From assembly GCA_037382165.1 (NCBI GenBank), contig JARRQC010000006.1, positions 1 to 45,001 of the forward strand: DNA of 45,001 nucleotides, read 5' to 3'. A program made the translations under genes and the position numbers. This DNA comes from a bacterium. GTDB taxonomy: Bacteria > Bacteroidota > Bacteroidia > Bacteroidales > F082. The notes under the pieces were generated by a model. The model was not told where the DNA came from. It made no database searches and was given only the letters and a program-made list of their open reading frames with translations. Shown here in pieces: positions 18,860 through 27,061 of this stretch. The first letter of the stretch is position 1. The number at the start of each line of letters is the position of its first letter.

Positions 18860-20893
18860 ATGATGCACCGATTGACCCTTCTGGGGTGCCTGCTTTTTTT
18901 GGCATGCCTGGTTTTTCCCTCTGCGATCGCAGTACCACAGCATAATGATTTGCAATCGTTATATGTGAGAACAAGCCGTCTGGAAGAACAGGCCCAATAT
19001 GGCTTATTACATCAAATTTATGACTCTGTCATCAATGAAGCATCGAAACGGGAGGACAAACTGACGGAGGCATTTTTTACCCGTCTGAAGGGACGTGCTT
19101 ACCTGAATGAGGACAAATATGATTCCGCCTACATCTTCGCCGGAATAGCCAGGGATCTTGCCGTAGGGATCGGGAATGACTCCATTCTTGGACTTGCCCT
19201 GCTGAATATTGCCACGATCAATCGAAAACAGGGTGAGGTGGATTCAGCCCTCCATTATTATACGACATCACTAAAAATATTCAAGGATACAAAAGATACC
19301 GCCAATATGGCGGATGTTTTACAGGGCCTCATGAACTACTACAGATCTTTGGGAGAACTGGATAAGGCGATCGAGGCTGGCTTGAAGAGCAACTACCTCT
19401 TCAAAAAAATGAACAGGACCATCAATTATATCGAATCCCTGAATGACCTGGCCAACGTTTATGAAAGACTCGGCGCACTGGATACCGCCATGGCGTGTTA
19501 CCAGCAGGTGTACCGGCTAAGCATAGAAAATAAACTGCCCAGGACCACTGCGACCGCGATGAACAATATCGCAGTGGTCTATTACCGAAAAGGAGACAAT
19601 GAATCTTCCATGGAGTACCTGCTCAGGGCCATTGCATTCAATGATTCTGTCGGCGACAAGGGGGAACTGGCCATGTTGTATGGTAATATTTCCTATTTGT
19701 ATGACATCAAGGGAGATCAGGAGCAAAAAGTCGCCTCCCTGGAAAGATCGCTGCAATATGCGACAGAGATCAACCATGTGGGAAGGCAGCTGAGTACTAT
19801 GATCCGCCTGGGGGATCATTATAATCGTATCGGTGATCTGGCAACCGCCGAAAAATATTATTTACAGGGATTCGAGCTGGCCAGGAGGAGCAAGCAGAGG
19901 GAAAGTGCGAGAAATGTCAGTGAAATGCTATCGGATTATTATGCCCAACAGAACAGGTGGAAAAAATCTACTGAATATTTACGGCTGGCCCTGGCATACC
20001 AGGATTCGCTGGTCGATGCGGAAAAGGCCAGGGTGATCGAAAAAGCACTGAGCAACAACCGCGCCCTGACCCTGGATGATATGATCAAGGAAATCAAAAC
20101 GGAGCATAAGGCCGAAATAGCACGTATCCTTAAGAAATCACAGAACCTGCTCATCACTTTGCTGCTTATCCTGGTGATCCTGTTGGGATTATTGCTTTAC
20201 TTCCGCATGCGTGCCAGGAAAAACCGGATCATCACCGAACAAAAGATCCGGCAACTGGAAAATGAAAGGAAACTTATGCGTGCACAGGCTGTGATGGTTG
20301 GTCAGGAAAATGAACGTAAACGCATCGCGCATGACCTGCATGATGGAATCGGCGTATTACTTTCCACTGCCAGTGTTCAGTTTTCCCGCATTAAAATGGA
20401 TCCGGAAACCGCTCCGCTTTTTGAAAAAGCCACCCAACTGATCACAGAAGCCAGTGGAGAAATCAGGAAAATCTCACGCAATATGATGCCGGGCGTCCTC
20501 TCCAAACTGGGTCTCTATGATGCACTCGAAGATCTCTTTGAAACGGTTAACGGTATGGACGAACTTCAAGTCCACCTGAAACTGGATGATCACCGTGAGC
20601 GTCTGCCTGAAAATACGGAGATCATGCTCTATCGCATCGTACAGGAGCTGGTGAACAATACAGTAAAACATGCCAAAGCTTCTGAAATAACTTTTGAATT
20701 ATCACGGGAAGGGGATAAAATCCAAATGATTTATGCCGATAACGGCACAGGTTTTGACCCCGAGGATAAGATGGAAGATAAAGGACTGGGGCTCGCCGGC
20801 ATTCGTTCCAGAACCGATCTTTTAGGTGGCACAATGAAAATCAATGCTGAAAAGGGCAACGGAACACATTACACCTTCCAGATTCCCTTCTGA
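18860..20893 (+). CDS. TPR-repeat sensor histidine kinase (HisKA_3 + HATPase_c)
   Basis: N-terminal signal/TM (LLGCLLFLACLVFPSAIA), about 400 aa of TPR-like repeats, a TM helix LITLLLILVILLGLLLYF, a coiled coil, the H-box ERKRIAHDLHDGIG, and N/G boxes (VNNTVKHA, DNGTGF, GLGLAGIRSR). Confidence 0.9.
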   Translation: MMHRLTLLGCLLFLACLVFPSAIAVPQHNDLQSLYVRTSRLEEQAQYGLLHQIYDSVINEASKREDKLTEAFFTRLKGRAYLNEDKYDSAYIFAGIARDLAVGIGNDSILGLALLNIATINRKQGEVDSALHYYTTSLKIFKDTKDTANMADVLQGLMNYYRSLGELDKAIEAGLKSNYLFKKMNRTINYIESLNDLANVYERLGALDTAMACYQQVYRLSIENKLPRTTATAMNNIAVVYYRKGDNESSMEYLLRAIAFNDSVGDKGELAMLYGNISYLYDIKGDQEQKVASLERSLQYATEINHVGRQLSTMIRLGDHYNRIGDLATAEKYYLQGFELARRSKQRESARNVSEMLSDYYAQQNRWKKSTEYLRLALAYQDSLVDAEKARVIEKALSNNRALTLDDMIKEIKTEHKAEIARILKKSQNLLITLLLILVILLGLLLYFRMRARKNRIITEQKIRQLENERKLMRAQAVMVGQENERKRIAHDLHDGIGVLLSTASVQFSRIKMDPETAPLFEKATQLITEASGEIRKISRNMMPGVLSKLGLYDALEDLFETVNGMDELQVHLKLDDHRERLPENTEIMLYRIVQELVNNTVKHAKASEITFELSREGDKIQMIYADNGTGFDPEDKMEDKGLGLAGIRSRTDLLGGTMKINAEKGNGTHYTFQIPF

Positions 20894-21056
20894 TCATGCT
20901 TCAGCGGTAACTTTTGCCAATCAAGCCGGGTTAAGGAATCCGCCGGATTAACTTAACGAACGCTATTTCCTGGATCATTCGTTAATTAAAACCCTGCGTT
21001 CAGTTAATCATTCCATGCGTTTATTTATCTCTTTCATATTTACCATACAGGTAGTA

Positions 21057-21064
21057 TAATTTTG
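21057..21064 (+). promoter_or_regulatory. -7 promoter box TAATTTTG upstream of the T9SS mini-protein gene
   Basis: Exact TAnnTTTG match 42 nt upstream of the ATG at 21106. Confidence 0.35.
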
Positions 21065-21105
21065 ATATTAAATACATCCAATTCTAATTATTAAACCTAA
21101 ACGCC

Positions 21106-21580
21106 ATGAAAATAAAATCTTCACAAATCGAAAGCTACCCCTAGCCTGAAACAAATTGCTATCTGCGCGGGCCTGATGCTGACCTCCTGTCAGAAAGACA
21201 ATAGCATGGCTCCGGATAACTCATTCTCAGAATCACTCGCAGTACAGAATTCTGTTGAAAAAGTGAAACCAAAACCGAGTGATTTACCCATGATCGACCC
21301 TATCAGTAATTATCCTGATCCGTTTACAGAAACGACTACCATTCAATTCAGAGTTGATACCGGTACCAAAGTAAGCCTGATCGTTTATAATGAACTTGGA
21401 GAAAAGATGGCAATACTTGTCGGTCAGTACCTCCCTGCCGGAGAATACAGAACGGTTTACAATGCAACACATTGCCCTTGTGGTAAATATCGCGCAGTTC
21501 TTCAGACAGGAAACATTGAAGCTGTCGAGAATATGACCAAGGTCTATTCTACCGAGGCCGAACTCCCGGGTTGGGAATAA
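21106..21580 (+). CDS. Small lipoprotein-like protein consisting almost entirely of a T9SS C-terminal sorting domain; reading frame disrupted near the 5' end
   Basis: The CTD pattern is YPDPFTETTTIQFRVDTGTKVSLIVYNELGEKMAILV...GKYRAVLQTGNIEAVENMTKV. The main frame (21116 onward) encodes KQIAICAGLMLTSC, which has a lipobox, but the only upstream ATG (21106) is in another frame and stops at 21142-21144. Confidence 0.6.
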
Positions 21581-21658
21581 TAATCTTTGGCGTCCTGATC
21601 TGTATCAGTGCGCCCGTTTAACCTCAACTAGACCCTAATCGAGGGACTCTCGTTGCAT

Positions 21659-21692
21659 GCAGCCGGACATCAATCGTCCGGCTGCTCTTTTT
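21659..21692 (+). terminator. Rho-independent terminator (10-bp perfect stem GCAGCCGGAC/GTCCGGCTGC)
   Basis: Stem 21659-21668 / 21676-21685, 7-nt loop, then TCTTTTT. A near-identical hairpin recurs at 38416-38452. Confidence 0.7.
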
Positions 21693-21789
21693 ATACCTGG
21701 CAGAATACCGCTAAATATTTCAAATACAGGTATAACCGTAAAAATTTCAGCTTGCTATCCATGATATTTGTAATATAAAATGTAAAACC

Positions 21790-21990
21790 ATGGAACGCCT
21801 GAAAGCACTGCTCGCTGTAGTCATATTCATTGCCATGATCCTGTTTTCACATCCTGGAGTGACTACCGGTCACATGAATATCAATCCTCGCCATGATGTT
21901 TTGATGAACCGGTCAACAAATGATACTACCGTCAGCTCAATAAATAACTACCTGCCGGAATCAAATCCTGACACTGAAAAGATAAATTAA
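21790..21990 (+). CDS. 66-aa exported/membrane-anchored 'MERLK' peptide, copy A
   Basis: MERLKALLAVVIFIAMILFS is a hydrophobic N-terminus, followed by a polar His/Asn/Thr-rich tail. It is flanked by its own terminators. A paralogue at 38544-38732 shares MERLK..LA and the motif DTTxS..NYxP. Confidence 0.5.
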   Translation: MERLKALLAVVIFIAMILFSHPGVTTGHMNINPRHDVLMNRSTNDTTVSSINNYLPESNPDTEKIN

Positions 21991-22012
21991 GGGATTCCGG
22001 TATCCTTTGTCC

Positions 22013-22053
22013 AGGGTGATGTTTGATGAATCAGGCATCACCCTTATTGTTTT
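22013..22053 (+). terminator. Terminator-like hairpin after MERLK peptide A
   Basis: 9-bp stem AGGGTGATG (22013-22021) / CATCACCCT (22036-22044), followed by TATTGTTTT. Confidence 0.55.
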
Positions 22054-22252
22054 CAGGAATGTTTCAAACACTCCCTCTCCAAACAGCTTTAAGCTTGTGC
22101 AGAAAGCATCCGGAAAGTAATCATTGAAATGAGTTGCCAGGACTTGCAATAGGTATGTTTTGAATTTCAACAAGAAAAAAATAAATTTTGATTAACTTTA
22201 AGCTACCAAATCAACATGGAATTCCCCTGACAATAAATGTAAACAAACCATC

Positions 22253-22921
22253 ATGAAAAAATTAAGCGTATTATTCCTGGTTTTGCTTTTTGCCTTTTCT
22301 GCAGGCGCCCAGCAAAAATTTGACAATGAAGTCTATTTCCGTTTTGGATACTCCAATCCCTGCTGGACACAATTTGGTGCAGACAAGGACTGGTGGCAAC
22401 AATGGGAAGGCACTACATCCCGTTGGGGATTGACTGGAGAGTTCGGTACCATATTCATGCTTACCACACTGAACAGTAATGAAACCCTTGCACTGGGACT
22501 CGATATCGATTGGGTAAGCTTTTACTGGCATCGGTTTACCTACGAAGAACCAAACTATATGCTGGATATGGCCACCCTCCGGATCGATTCCAAGGTTGGC
22601 CCTTCCCTGACCTTCAGTCCGGCGAAGCGGATAGCCATCGATGTATATGTAAAAGCCGATTTTGGCTGGTTTACCGGAACAGCGCTCATTGAAAATGAGG
22701 ATACCGATGAAGCGGAAGGATTCGGAGATATTTTTGCCGTAGGACTCTCTACCGGTGCAAATTTCAGGTTCAGCATCCTGATGGTGGGCATAGAATTCAA
22801 CACCATCACCACCAAACTGGAAAATTATGACGAATCGGGATACTACCTTGATTTTACTGATAGGGACAGTGATAAAAGTCCCCTTCCGTCGATGAATTTT
22901 ACAGTAGGGCTGAGTTTTTAA
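22253..22921 (+). CDS. Small outer-membrane beta-barrel protein, copy A
   Basis: Signal peptide MKKLSVLFLVLLFAFSAGAQ, alternating-strand pattern and a C-terminal aromatic residue (FTVGLSF). Roughly 60% identical by eye to the frameshifted copy at 40785-41440. Confidence 0.7.
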   Translation: MKKLSVLFLVLLFAFSAGAQQKFDNEVYFRFGYSNPCWTQFGADKDWWQQWEGTTSRWGLTGEFGTIFMLTTLNSNETLALGLDIDWVSFYWHRFTYEEPNYMLDMATLRIDSKVGPSLTFSPAKRIAIDVYVKADFGWFTGTALIENEDTDEAEGFGDIFAVGLSTGANFRFSILMVGIEFNTITTKLENYDESGYYLDFTDRDSDKSPLPSMNFTVGLSF

Positions 22922-22978
22922 GAGCGGTTAACTGTCACTTGCATATCATAAATCCGGAAGACCGTTGCTTTCAATGGA

Positions 22979-24451
22979 TCATTCCTCCATGGCTTCTTTC
23001 TGGCTGGCATATTCGCTTTCGGGAGAAGGCAGCGTTTTCAAATACATGTTTCGCAGGCTGAGTTTGGAAGATGCCGTGTAAATGCCGATGTTATCCCCGG
23101 AATAGGTGTAATCAATGAGGGTCAGTCTGACAGTATCATCAATAGACAATTCAATGTAATTGCCATACCTGATGAGCTGAAAGCGGATCGTATGGGGGTG
23201 GAAGGTGTAAAAAATATTACCCTGAATATTTTTAAACACAAAATTCTCTTTGTTATTGTGCGGGTTGAAACCCCAGCTCCGGATATAAACGAATCCGTTG
23301 GTGATATCAAACGAAATGTAATACCCGTTCCCTTCATCATCGATATCCGTAACCAGTCCAAACTTACCCATACCTTCCACAATCATCTCGCCCTCCCAGA
23401 TAAAGCTTTCTGATGGCCTTTCAATCATAAATATTTCATAGCCGCTGCGTGATTCAACGCGCCAGTTTTCCGCTTTCCGCTCCATGTGCGAAGTAGGGTT
23501 GTTCAGCAGCTTACGGGCTGTTGAAAATTGTGCCTGACCTATCTCCTGCTGCACCATGAGTGCCCACCGGTAGAAACTCTTCAGTTGTAACCTGCCCTCT
23601 TCATCAACATCCAGTTCTTTTGGAGGCGGCAAAACCCTGAGCCGGTTCACATCCCCATCCGAAAAAAAGAAATTGTAGACCAGCAGATGATCCCCGTCAG
23701 GAACAATCCTTGCAGCATAGTTCCCCTGGGGCAGCAAAACATCTGACCGGAAGGAATGATATTCAGCCTGGAATGCATCGGCAATCCAATACCTGACTTT
23801 AATGTCCTCTCTTATTGATCCGATTAAAAAGTATTTTCCTTTCATCTTAAAAATGCAAGGACACTCGATATCATCATACACCATGGGGTAAACCAATGGT
23901 TTTTGCCACTCGAAACGCTCACCGCTGATCCTGGCCAGGCCGGCGCATCCCCTTCTTGAAACCGGTCCTGAACTACTCCTCATGCATACCAGCAAGTAAG
24001 ATTCCCCCCCTTCCTGAAAAAAGAAAGGATCCCGGCAACTCAGCCATCCCCGTGGGTTATTCGAAATATCCTCATAATACGGACCTTCGGAACCTGCTGG
24101 CAGGCCAGGGGCTTCTATTTTAGTCCAGTGCAACAGATCCTCCGAAGTGGCCAATCCGATTCTTTGCGCTACCCCCCTGTCCTCTCGCTGAAGACCTGTG
24201 TAGTACATTCGGAACTGATTCCCATGACGGGATACCTGCATCGTCCAGAGCATATCATCATCCCACTCACCGGGATCTCCAACGAAAAGGGCATTTTTAG
24301 TTCGCTTCCATGATATGCCATCTTTGGAAACGGCATGTGCAATATAGTCGTGATTGGGGATGATCAGATGGAAGAGGTGATACACCCCTTTATGAACGAT
24401 AACATCCACATCCCCTATTTCCCAATCGCTATAGCCTGAACCTGAATACAT
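22979..24451 (-). CDS. Cytoplasmic GH32-like (clan GH-J) glycoside hydrolase with a divergent nucleophile motif
   Basis: The RDP motif (SCRDPFFF) and EC motif (DDIECPCIF) are present. WMNDPNG is replaced by DWEIGDVDV. No signal peptide. C-terminal beta-sandwich-like domain. Confidence 0.7.
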   Translation of the reverse strand: MYSGSGYSDWEIGDVDVIVHKGVYHLFHLIIPNHDYIAHAVSKDGISWKRTKNALFVGDPGEWDDDMLWTMQVSRHGNQFRMYYTGLQREDRGVAQRIGLATSEDLLHWTKIEAPGLPAGSEGPYYEDISNNPRGWLSCRDPFFFQEGGESYLLVCMRSSSGPVSRRGCAGLARISGERFEWQKPLVYPMVYDDIECPCIFKMKGKYFLIGSIREDIKVRYWIADAFQAEYHSFRSDVLLPQGNYAARIVPDGDHLLVYNFFFSDGDVNRLRVLPPPKELDVDEEGRLQLKSFYRWALMVQQEIGQAQFSTARKLLNNPTSHMERKAENWRVESRSGYEIFMIERPSESFIWEGEMIVEGMGKFGLVTDIDDEGNGYYISFDITNGFVYIRSWGFNPHNNKENFVFKNIQGNIFYTFHPHTIRFQLIRYGNYIELSIDDTVRLTLIDYTYSGDNIGIYTASSKLSLRNMYLKTLPSPESEYASQKEAMEE

Positions 24452-24787
24452 GATATAATGGCTTTATTTGTGAATTCCAATAATCTCTAAAAGTGTGGTG
24501 GCAAAACTAACGTAATTATAAATTAATCACCCCTGGGTAGAACTTCAGTGCGATTACAAGCCAATAGAAGCTATCCGAAAAATCTTTAAGTTTGTGGTTT
24601 ATCCTGATTTTGATCCGTAACGGTTGCTGGCAATTATAATCCTCGAAAATGGCTGTCCTGATCGACGGAGCAATAATGACCTTTTAAAATGTTTAAGACA
24701 TGGCCCGGAACTTCTACACCCTCGTTCACCTGTTAAAATGCCCGGACTGATCATTCACGATAAATTGAAAATAAGAAGCGATTCCTC

Positions 24788-26146
24788 ATGAAACATGGCT
24801 TTGTATTCAGAAATGCGATCATCGCAGCCCTCGGAGGGTTATTATTTGGTTTTGATACAGCTGTGATCTCCGGTGGTGAAAAGGCAATCCAGCTTTATTT
24901 CGGACTGGATGGGTTCTGGCATGGATTCACAGTAGCCATTGCATTGATAGGTACTGTTTTTGGCGCATTGCTTGCCGGAAAACCAGCTGATACATTCGGA
25001 AGAAAGAAAGCATTGATCACCGTTGCCCTGTTATATGCCATTTCTGCCCTGGGTAGTGCTCTTTCACATAACTGGTATCTGTTCCTTTCTTACAGGTTTA
25101 TTGGGGGAATTGGCGTTGGAGCTTCTTCCGTGATCGGCCCGATGTACATTGCCGAAATCGCCCCTGCCCGGCTCAGGGGAAGGCTGGTGGGCATGTTTCA
25201 GTTAAATGTGGTAACAGGCATCTTACTGGCATTTTTCTCCAATTACCTCATCGCCCAGTTCATAGAGGCGGATGCATGGAGATGGATGCTGGGTGTTGAG
25301 ACCCTGCCGGCTGCCTTGTTCCTGTTCCTGCTGTTTTCCATTCCCGCAACACCCAGGTGGCTGGCCATGCGAGACCGAAACGAGGATGCCCGGGCATTAC
25401 TCATCAAACTGGCTTCTGAAGATCCTGACAAAGAGCTCAATGACATTATCGAATCGGTTCATTTTCACCAATCGGCAAAAAGCGAGCCCCTGTTCAGGCT
25501 ACCCTATAAATGGCCCATCCTTTTTGCCATATTGATCGCTGTATTTAACCAGATGTCAGGCATCAATGCGATCATGTACTATGCACCCCGCATCTTCGAA
25601 ATGACAGGATTTGCCAAAAATTCTGCACTCGCTCAATCGGTGACGATCGGTTTCACCAACCTGGTGTTTACCATGCTGGCTATGTCGGTGATCGACAGGT
25701 TCGGCAGGAAGAAATTGTTGCTGATCGGATCGGTAGGCATGACATTTTTCCTGGCTATGGTGGCCAGAACATTATTGGGCGGGGCCAATGCCAGTTACTG
25801 GGTGGTTGTTTACCTGGTTGGATTTATCGCCTTCTTCGCTTTTTCCCAGGGAGCCGTAATATGGGTCTTTATTTCAGAGATCTTTCCCAACAGGATCAGG
25901 GCAAAGGGTCAGGCTTTGGGAAGCTTCACCCACTGGTTTATGGCAGCACTCGTTTCATGGTCCTTTCCTTTGATCGCTGAAAGTGCAGCCAAAGGAGGTG
26001 CCATTGCCTTTATGATCTTTTCGCTATCCATGTTGGTACAATTGCTTGTTGTATGGCGGCTATTCCCGGAAACAAAGGGAAGATCACTGGAAGAGATCGA
26101 AAAGGGATTCATCGGTACGTCTGAAATTTCAAAAACGAAGATGTAA
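24788..26146 (+). CDS. MFS sugar porter family transporter
   Basis: GRKKALITVALLYAISALG, PATPRWL (PESPRxL-like) and PETKGRSLEEIE. About 12 TM helices. Confidence 0.9.
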   Translation: MKHGFVFRNAIIAALGGLLFGFDTAVISGGEKAIQLYFGLDGFWHGFTVAIALIGTVFGALLAGKPADTFGRKKALITVALLYAISALGSALSHNWYLFLSYRFIGGIGVGASSVIGPMYIAEIAPARLRGRLVGMFQLNVVTGILLAFFSNYLIAQFIEADAWRWMLGVETLPAALFLFLLFSIPATPRWLAMRDRNEDARALLIKLASEDPDKELNDIIESVHFHQSAKSEPLFRLPYKWPILFAILIAVFNQMSGINAIMYYAPRIFEMTGFAKNSALAQSVTIGFTNLVFTMLAMSVIDRFGRKKLLLIGSVGMTFFLAMVARTLLGGANASYWVVVYLVGFIAFFAFSQGAVIWVFISEIFPNRIRAKGQALGSFTHWFMAALVSWSFPLIAESAAKGGAIAFMIFSLSMLVQLLVVWRLFPETKGRSLEEIEKGFIGTSEISKTKM

Positions 26147-26158
26147 ACCTTTTGGTAA

Positions 26159-27061
26159 ATGAATGCTTCAAATAAGAATATACTCTGTTTTGGTGAAGTG
26201 CTGTGGGACAATCTGCCCGGCGGTCCGAAGCCGGGAGGCGCCCCGATGAATGTTGGCCTGCACCTCAAGCAGTTTGGTTACCATATTGGCATGGTCAGCC
26301 GTATCGGACAGGACAGGAAAGGAGAATTGCTGAAGAAATTCCTTGTGGAATCGGGAATAGACGTCGATGCCCTTCAGACAGATCCGAAACTGCCGACCAG
26401 TGAAGTGTTGGTCCACCTCGATGATGACAACAACCCGACCTATGAGATTCTTGAACCGGTAGCCTGGGATAATATCGAAATGACGGAACAACTGGCTGTT
26501 CTCTCTTACCAGGCCGACCTGGTCATATTTGGTTCGCTGGCATCAAGGAATACAAAAACCAGGGAGACACTGCACAGGATGCTCAATGCAAAAAGTTTCA
26601 AAGTGATGGACATCAACCTGCGTCCGCCCTATGATTACAAGGAACATACAGAAGAGCTCATGCAAAGGGCGGACTTTATCAAACTCAATGAACCTGAACT
26701 TGAACAGGTAGTCAACGAGTGGAACAAACAGCATATTCCAGAGGAAGACAAACAGCTCAGGTGGGTGGCCAAAACATTTGGCTGCGAACTTATTTGCCTG
26801 ACCAAAGGGGAAAATGGAGCTGTTCTTTATCATGACGGTATGATCGATCACGATCCCGGATTTAAAGTGAAAACAGTAGACAATGTGGGGGCGGGTGATG
26901 CCTTCCTGGCCGGTTTCATTTCACAGTACCTGATGGGGTCACGGGGTAAAAAGGCACTGGAGTATGCTTGTGCGACCGGTGCGTTTGTGGCTTCCAGGGA
27001 AGGGGCCACACCGAAATATGAACTGCATGAGATTGACCGGATTATACATCAAAGGAAATGA
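26159..27061 (+). CDS. PfkB-family carbohydrate kinase, probably fructokinase
   Basis: N-terminal ILCFGEVLWD..PGGAPMNV and C-terminal DNVGAGDAFLAGF. It lies between a sugar porter and a GH32 enzyme. Confidence 0.85.
   Translation: MNASNKNILCFGEVLWDNLPGGPKPGGAPMNVGLHLKQFGYHIGMVSRIGQDRKGELLKKFLVESGIDVDALQTDPKLPTSEVLVHLDDDNNPTYEILEPVAWDNIEMTEQLAVLSYQADLVIFGSLASRNTKTRETLHRMLNAKSFKVMDINLRPPYDYKEHTEELMQRADFIKLNEPELEQVVNEWNKQHIPEEDKQLRWVAKTFGCELICLTKGENGAVLYHDGMIDHDPGFKVKTVDNVGAGDAFLAGFISQYLMGSRGKKALEYACATGAFVASREGATPKYELHEIDRIIHQRK

Noticed and set aside
21961-22173. 70-aa minus-strand ORF between MERLK peptide A and barrel A. A stretch (HFNDYFPDAFCTSLKLFGEGVFETF) faintly recalls an AraC HTH.
   Set aside because: It overlaps the peptide 3' end and runs through its terminator hairpin. 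The resemblance is weak and not colinear with the AraC gene of cassette B.
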